64,000 nucleotides of DNA from Macrostomum lignano (lineage: Eukaryota), in contig NIVC01002965.1 in assembly GCA_002269645.1 (NCBI GenBank), forward strand, positions 1-64,000. Reading direction: 5' to 3'. The notes under the pieces were generated by a model. It ran no database searches. It was not told the DNA's origin and saw only the letters and a program-made list of their open reading frames with translations. Positions 24,361 to 33,300 of the stretch are shown here, piece by piece (positions within the stretch are counted from its first letter, which is position 1; every line of letters starts with the position of its first letter). A program made the position numbers and the translations under genes.

Positions 24361-27300
24361 ATGTCGCCAATCTCTGACTACTTGAAACCGGCCGCCTTTG
24401 TTCTGCTGCCTCACGTCGGTGGCATCGGAGGAGCCATAATTACGCGCTCGCAGATCCCGGTCTGGTATAGCAACTTGGTCCGCGCACCCTGGAATCCACC
24501 AAAATGGGTATTCGGACCCGTGTGGACCAGCCTGTACACTGGCATGGGCTACGCTAGCTGGCTAGTGTACAAAGAGGCTGGACTCAAGAGTACACCTATG
24601 TACTTGTACGGTGCTCAGCTGGCTCTTAATTGGGCTTGGACGCCCATGTTTTTCGGCGCTCACAAGCAAGTGGATTGATTTTATAATAATTTAATCCACT
24701 AATTCGCTAATGTATTTAGCGGCCGTCTCCGAGGCCCCGAAAACCCTGGGGTTTGGGCCGCAGACACCAGCTGCTACTAATGTCTTGATGGCAGCCGACA
24801 GTAGAAGCTATATAGTCTATGGTCTTAACCCCGGGGGTTTCGCGCTGCGTCTGAGGCGGCTTGAGAGGCCCATCTAGGTAATAAAGCATTTTCCTAGCTA
24901 ATTGAGCCTAGGAGCAAGCAATTTAAGCCTTATTGGGGGAATCAAGCTATTGAAGACTTGCTTTTCATTGTCGATGACCCAAAAGGGGGTCTATGGAGCA
25001 ACCAATTTGAGAATCTGGGCGCGCAATTAATCCCTTTTCACAGTGCTCGTATATCCTTCACGAATAACTTCACTGAAATAACGTCTGCAAATAGATGGCA
25101 TATCAAAAAATGATTGAAATTAACACTGATTTCAGAGAAACCAATCAAAACAGGCAAAGGCAAAACCATGGCATTCAATATAAGCTGAGAACAATCGTGT
25201 CTCTCAGGATGCTCATCCACTGCATCTTGGGCTGTAGCAAAACTATCGTCACTGCTCTGCTCGCTAAATTCTTCGTCTGCCATATCCATGTTTGTCTAAT
25301 GAAATCTGTTTTTTTTTCTATGGTTTAAGGCTTGCATAACTGTGGAAAGGATTAAAAGCGCCCAGATTCTCAAATTGGCTGCTCCATGGACCCCCTTTCG
25401 GGCCATAGACAATGAAAAGCAAGTCTTCAATGGCTTGATTTTCCCACTAGGGGTTGAATCGCTTGCTCCTGGGCTCAATTGGCTTGAAAAATGCTATATA
25501 ATCTGTGCATTTGGGTTTACACGCACAGAATTTAATTCAAGATATGTTTGCCATAGCAATGGAGCTTTTGTCTATGGTCCATTCGGTTCATAGCGGCTCT
25601 ATAGATTCACCCCAAGATTTTCATTTAAACATAATTAAGTCATGCTAAAAAGCTCTTTTTGTTTTTCTTATAGTTGAGCTGATTGCATCTTTGACGTCAC
25701 TTTGTTTGTACATTGAAAGGGGATGTCAACTTAAGCACCAGAATGGAGCCCGAAGTTCAGCTCCGGACCAAACCGACTGCAATCGATAACTTGTCGGCCC
25801 AGACGACTAGAATCGCCGAGACATCCCATCCGGCTCCCTTCCTTGGGGTCCCAGGGGATAAAGGGGATAAAATGGGGATCTCATGTCAACTTAAGGCTCT
25901 GGAATGGAGCCCGAAGTTCAGCTCCGGACCAAACCGACTGCAATCGATAACTTGTCGGCCCAGACGACTAGAATCGCCGAGACATCCCATCCGGCTCCCT
26001 TCCTTGGGGTCCCAGGGGATAAAGGGGATAAAATGGGGATCTCATGTCAACTTAAGGCTCTGGAATGGAGCCCGAAGTTCAGCTCCGTACCAAACCGACT
26101 GCAATCGATAACTTGTCGGCCCAGACGACTAGAATCGCCGAGACATCCCATCCGGCTCCCTTCCTTGGGGTCCCAGGGGATAAAGGGGATAAAATGGGGA
26201 TCTCATGTCAACTTAAGGCTCTGGAATGGAGCCCGAAGTTCAGCTCCGGACCAAACCGACTGCAATCGATAACTTGTCGGCCCAGACGACTAGAATCGCC
26301 GAGACATCCCATCCGGCTCCCTTCCTTGGGGTCCCAGGGGATAAAGGGGATAAAATGGGGATCTCATGTCAACTTAAGGCTCTGGAATGGAGCCCGAAGT
26401 TCAGCTCCGGCCCAAACCGACTGCAATCGATAAGTTGTCGGCCCAGACGACTAGAATCGCCGAGACATCCCATCCGGCTCCCTTCCTTGGGGTCCCAGGG
26501 GATAAAGGGGATAAAATGGGGATCTCATGTCAACTTAAGGCCCTGGAATGGAGCCCGAAGTTCAGCTCCGGACCAAACCGACTGCAATCGATAACTTGTC
26601 GGCCCAGACGACTAGAATCGCCGAGACATCCCATCCGGCTCCCTTCCTTGGGGTCCCAGGGGATAAAGGGGATAAAATGGGGATCTCATGTCAACTTAAG
26701 GCTCTGGAATGGAGCCCGAAGTTCAGCTCCGGACCAAACCGACTGCAATCGATAACTTGTCGGCCCAGACGACTAGAATCGCCGAGACATCCCATCCGGC
26801 TCCCTTCCTTGGGGTCCCAGGGGATAAAGGGGATAAAATGGGGATCTCATGTCAACTTAAGGCTCTGGAATGGAGCCCGAAGTTCAGCTCCGGACCAAAC
26901 CGACTGCAATCGATAACTTGTCGGCCCAGACGACTAGAATCGCCGAGACATCCCATCCGGCTCCCTTCCTTGGGGTCCCAGGGGATAAAGGGGATAAAAT
27001 GGGGATCTCATGTCAACTTAAGGCCCTGGAATGGAGCCCGAAGTTCAGCTCCGGACCAAACCGACTGCAATCGATAACTTGTCGGCCCAGACGACTAGAA
27101 TCGCCGAGACATCCCATCCGGCTCCCTTCCTTGGGGTCCCAGGGGATAAAGGGGATAAAATGGGGATCTCATGTCAACTTAAGGCTCTGGAATGGAGCCC
27201 GAAGTTCAGCTCCGGCCCAAACCGACTGCAATCGATAAGTTGTCGGCCCAGACGACTAGAATCGCCGAGACATCCCATCCGGCTCCCTTCCTTGGGGTCC

Positions 27301-30300
27301 CAGGGGATAAAGGGGATAAAATGGGGATCTCATGTCAACTTAAGGCCCTGGAATGGAGCCCGAAGTTCAGCTCCGGACCAAACCGACTGCAATCGATAAC
27401 TTGTCGGCCCAGACGACTAGAATCGCCGAGACATCCCATCCGGCTCCCTTCCTTGGGGTCCCAGGGGATAAAGGGGATAAAATGGGGATCTCATGTCAAC
27501 TTAAGGCCCTGGAATGGAGCCCGAAGTTCAGCTCCGGACCAAACCGACTGCAATCGATAACTTGTCGGCCCAGACGACTAGAATCGCCGAGACATCCCAT
27601 CCGGCTCCCTTCCTTGGGGTCCCAGGGGATAAAGGGGATAAAATGGGGATCTCATGTCAACTTAAGGCTCTGGAATGGAGCCCGAAGTTCAGCTCCGGAC
27701 CAAACCGACTGCAATCGATAACTTGTCGGCCCAGACGACTAGAATCGCCGAGACATCCCATCCGGCTCCCTTCCTTGGGGTCCCAGGGGATAAAGGGGAT
27801 AAAATGGGGATCTCATGTCAACTTAAGGCTCTGGAATGGAGCCCGAAGTTCAGCTCCGGACCAAACCGACTGCAATCGATAACTTGTCGGCCCAGACGAC
27901 TAGAATCGCCGAGACATCCCATCCGGCTCCCTTCCTTGGGGTCCCAGGGGATAAAGGGGATAAAATGGGGATCTCATGTCAACTTAAGGCTCTGGAATGG
28001 AGCCCGAAGTTCAGCTCCGTACCAAACCGACTGCAATCGATAAGTTGTCGGCCCAGACGACTAGAATCGCCGAGACATCCCATCCGGCTCCCTTCCTTGG
28101 GGTCCCAGGGGATAAAGGGGATAAAATGGGGATCTCGTGTCAACTTAAGGCTCTGGAATGGAGCCCGAAGTTCAGCTCCGGACCAAACCGACTGCAATCG
28201 ATAAGTTGTCGGCCCAGACGACTAGAATCGCCGAGACATCCCATCCGGCTCCCTTCCTTGGGGTCCCAGGGGATAAAGGGGATAAAATGGGGATCTCATG
28301 TCAACTTAAGGCTCTGGAATGGAGCCCGAAGTTCAGCTCCGGACCAAACCGACTGCAATCGATAAGTTGTCGGCCCAGACGACTAGAATCGCCGAGACAT
28401 CCCATCCGGCTCCCTTCCTTGGGGTCCCAGGGGATAAAGGGGATAAAATGGGGATCTCGTGTCAACTTAAGGCTCTGGAATGGAGCCCGAAGTTCAGCTC
28501 CGGACCAAACCGACTGCAATCGATAAGTTGTCGGCCCAGACGACTAGAATCGCCGAGACATCCCATCCGGTTTCAAGTGACGAAGCTCTATTCAATTCGA
28601 ATATCGCATTAGCGGGTGTATTTTATTTCAGCTATTATACATTGATTGTTAAGTAATAAAAATGATTTGCTCGTATCGAAACCTGTTAAAAATGCTGATC
28701 TGGAAACTCAGTTTGAAAAAATTAACTTGTAAATTCGTTTGGTTATTAGTAAGCAGAACTTTTGACGATAAACCGAAACCATGTATATTGGTAAAATAAA
28801 GAATATCACGCAAGGCTGTACAAGTTATGACGTAATGGATACAAAGCATATCATGCAAAGCTGTACAAGTTATCAAAGTAATAAAAACAAAGCATGTCAT
28901 GCAAAGCAGCACACGTTTTTAAGCAAATAAAGTAACGCCTCTCACGCAAAGCTTAGTAAAATCATAATTGCAAAAGTTTCTCAGTCCTAAGAAACGGTTT
29001 TTGGGTTTAAGTTCTTTGCTTCAGTAAAAAATACTTCCAATTTTTAGTTAATTGTGAGTCTAAAAGAAATTGAAACAACTAATTCAAAGCTTTTGTTATT
29101 TGATGTCAGTCTGAATTATCTTCACATGTAACCTATGGTACGTAAAGAATGCGTGAGATGACATTGTTTCTTAATCTGCATGTCCTTTAAAATCTGCAAT
29201 ACAAAACGTACAGTACACTCGCTTAAAACAATTGTATTTTCGCTAAAAATGCTTTTACGAGTTTAAAAGTGCAACGAGCACGATGCACTCAGGCTCACGT
29301 ACGAACGGGTTATAGTCTGACGTAACTTTCATGTCGTCAATTCTCGTCCACACACAGCTCAGTACGCTTGCTGTGAAATGTCCCGATTTCAGTCGGTTTC
29401 CATGGTGTGATATTGTGGCCACTGGCTTACCAAGTGTAGAAACACCCCCTGACCTTGAAGAAAAGCTTACAGGAGTTTGAAGCTTAAGGTGGCCATCCAT
29501 ACTAGCACGATCAAGATATATCAGGGTAAACTTTCCAGGTGTTACTACGATCTCTTGATTACAATCGCCCAGGCAATTGGCGTCCGAACATTTCACTACC
29601 TGAGGAGCGACAAAAGCGCAGAAGATTTTGTCTAAACTGACAATTGAGCGCTCAAATTGACAGAGAGGAATGCAAATCACTCTGTTATCGATTGTGCCAA
29701 CAGGAACTTCAGCACTTGTGCGCTGGCAATCCCGACAAGTTTGAATGAGTGAAAATTCTGTGAAAGCATCTGATGACAGAAATTCCAGATGTATTAGAAG
29801 CGTTTGAACAAATTCGTTGACGCAATGGTGCTGATTTGTTTGAAATGAATCTGGATGTTGCAACCGAACTGCCGTTAACAGTGGAGTGACTGTTGCAGAC
29901 CGCTGTTGCATCTCCATCAGAAGACGAAGCAGCTCTCGATGGACTTGGTCGTTGCTAGTCTCTTTTAAAATGCATCCATTAGAATGCAGGCAGAGAAACA
30001 ATTGCACTGCTGCATTTGCGTAGCACTGCAGGCCATTATTTGGCAACCCAAATAACTTCTTCGGCGAATTCAATGAACCAGTAGCATTTGAACTGTGCCT
30101 CTGTTCATCTTGCTGCGATTCAGCACTGTCTCTGCGAGGTGCATTTGGAGCTGGATGACCACCAGATTGATCATTGTAAAGATTGGCAATCAGTGCTTTT
30201 GGCAAAGCACTGTCAATAAATCGGAAGCTGCTGCCGCACATGTTGTAGCTTTCGGGGTGATATGCATAACAGCCTAGCATTCTAACCACAGCCATAACAT

Positions 30301-33300
30301 GACTGTCACACCCTGCTGTCCTGCTTCCGGCCTTTGAGGATGAAAAGTAGCCATGCAGACGCAGCAGCCCCGAGTCACGAAATCCGAATCGGTTACCACT
30401 TGCAGTTTCGCAAATACGAAGGACAACTCGGTAAGTTTTTGACCGATGACGGGAATGAAGAACGGCTAAATATATCCAAGATGGCCTCCATTCTCCAAAC
30501 TTACTGCTCCACCCCTTTGGTGGCGCTCGCTGATGAAACTTCCAGCATTTTAAATGGCTTGGCAGTTCAGAAATCAACAATTCGAAATCGCGCCACGAGT
30601 CTCCAGCGTAGCTACTGAGCACCTCATGAACTCTGACGTTTTCGATGTAGCGTTTTGACTGAAGAACGTGGTATGGGCCGATGCTAAGCTCTTCCAGATT
30701 TCTTTCGTCAACGCTGGGGAACCCTGAACTTTCAGGGTCCAGGGGATCCACTGCTGTCCATTTTCGGGTAGAACTCGTTGGTATTCGAGTCAAATCGCAA
30801 TTGTACTCAAGTTGCTCAATTTCGTCTAGCTCATTCGCAATGAAAAGACGTTTAGCAAAGTTCCGTCCGTATTCGAACATGGAGCAATCTGACCATGACG
30901 GCGGCAGACTCCTTGTAGCTTGAAATCCTGGATGCGAACGGTTGAATTTTGCCATGGAGTTTTCAATAACAACATCGAGCCGGCTGCGTTCGGTAAACTC
31001 TGGGGCATGTAGCCATTGGTACGGCTCCTGTCGCTCATTTATGCATTTGTCCTGCTTGATTGCAGCAAAGCTACATTCTACGAGATAACGGAAAAGCGTA
31101 GCGCAGCGACTTGTATTTGCTTCGATTGATGTAAGCTTTCCTGGTATTGATCGGTCACCAACAGGAGCCTCATTATTTACAAATTCAAACTGCTCGTTTA
31201 GAACTCGGTCACCTGGACTGGTCGGAAATAGAAGCGTCGTGCAGCCTTTACTATTAGTCTCTATAAAGTCGCGGAAGTTAACCGAAGTTGGTGAACAAAG
31301 TTGGTGGCTGTAACCTTTGTCGAAAATGCCAATAACGTGATAATCTTTCTGTACAGAGCACAGAATGCGCAACAAAGTGGGCTCTATTAGTCCTTCAGCC
31401 TCCATGTCAACTTGCATTGCAGTCAAATTCCCATCGCCCATTGTTGGCGAGATAGCGGCGGTAAGGGGAGCGGTGTAGATAACTTTTCCTCTACTGTTGA
31501 CAACCGCCATTTTTTTGTTCACATTCATTTTCTTGCCGGAAAAGTAAGTTCGAATTTGCGTGTGGTGTGAGCTGCTCTTAGGGAGATAAAAGTAAGTATG
31601 ATCACCCACTAGAAGAACAAGCTTCTTGCCTTTGAGTAGTGTGTGAAATACACCGAGAATAAATTGATCGCGTACTACATTTTCCTCAAGCAGAGTCTGA
31701 ATCGGAGTCGACGCTATCGACCTCGGTTGATATGGATCCCGTAGGTACTGCTCCTTGGCAATCTCCCAAAAAATGTCGCATGCTCTTTGGGCAGAAATGT
31801 TGAAATCGAAAGCTAATGATTGAAAGCTGCAACCTTGGCGAAGCTTCTTCAGGTACAAAAATATTCGAGATGGCTTTGTCAAAATACGAAGGCGAGATAC
31901 TTCTGGTAACATTTCTGAGAAGCTATCGAAATCACTATAGCTAAGACCGCAAATACGTTTGAACTCCTTCTCATTTGCGGTTCGTGGAAAAAGGTTTGGG
32001 TTCAAAAAAACTTTCACATACTTACCACCGACCGCAAGAAACTGAAGCGCCTCTCGTGCGTTTCTCGGAGGCGCGAAGGCTCCAGACGATTCAGATGAGC
32101 AGCGACCACATCTAGTCGTTTCGAGATGTCGGTTCAAATTGGCTGCTTTGCTGAATTGATGACCACATTGAGAGCAAGTAAAATCGGACATTACTAGCAA
32201 GTATAAAACGCAATCTGCAACAAATCTGCACCTGTCATAAAACTAAGTAAGAAAAACTGACCAAAACCTTAACTTCATTAATATATCACTTAAAATATAT
32301 CACTTAAACTAATGCTACAAATACTTGACGCACAGTATCAAAAATCTCTCGCCTAAAGTGGTCAAATCAAAACCGCGAAAACATTCTCAAAAATCCGGAA
32401 AAATTAAACGACGGAAATATTACAATGCAAACAATATATAATAGCTAAAATAAAATACACCCGCTAATGCGATATTCGAATAGAATAGAGCTTCGTCACT
32501 TGAAACCGGATGGGATGTCTCGGCGATTCTAGTCGTCTGGGCCGACAAGTTATCGATTGCAGTCGGTTTGGTCCGGAGCTGAACTTCGGGCTCCATTCCA
32601 GAGCCTTAAGTTGACATGAGATCCCCATTTTATCCCCTTTATCCCCTGGGACCCCAAGGAAGGGAGCCGGATGGGATGTCTCGGCGATTCTAGTCGTCTG
32701 GGCCGACAAGTTATCGATTGCAATCGGTTTGGTCTGGAGCTGAACTTCGGGCTCCATTCCAGAGCCTTAAGTTGACATGAGATCCCCATTTTATCCCCTT
32801 TATCCCCTGGGACCCCAAGGAAGGGAGCCGGATGGGATGTCTCGGCGATTCTAGTCGTCTGGGCCGACAAGTTATCGATTGCAGTCGGTTTGGTCCGGAG
32901 CTGAACTTCGGGCTCCATTCCAGAGCCTTAAGTTGACACGAGATCCCCATTTTATCCCCTTTATCCCCTGGGACCCCAAGGAAGGGAGCCGGATGGGATG
33001 TCTCGGCGATTCTAGTCGTCTGGGCCGACAAGTTATCGATTGCAATCGGTTTGGTCCGGAGCTGAACTTCGGGCTCCATTCCAGAGCCTTAAGTTGACAT
33101 GAGATCCCCATTTTATCCCCTTTATCCCCTGGGACCCCAAGGAAGGGAGCCGGATGGGATGTCTCGGCGATTCTACTCGTCTGGGCCGACAAGTTATCGA
33201 TTGCAATCGGTTTGGTCCGGAGCTGAACTTCGGGCTCCATTCCAGAGCCTTAAGTTGACATGAGATCCCCATTTTATCCCCTTTATCCCCTGGGACCCCA

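Noticed and set aside
24670-24671. GT donor for TSPO-3 exon 1
   Set aside because: Phase 0 would put exon 2 out of frame; the GC donor at 24666 matches the paralogues.
25717-28570. CRISPR-like array
   Set aside because: Units are near-identical end to end with no unique spacers, there are no cas genes, and the context is eukaryotic.
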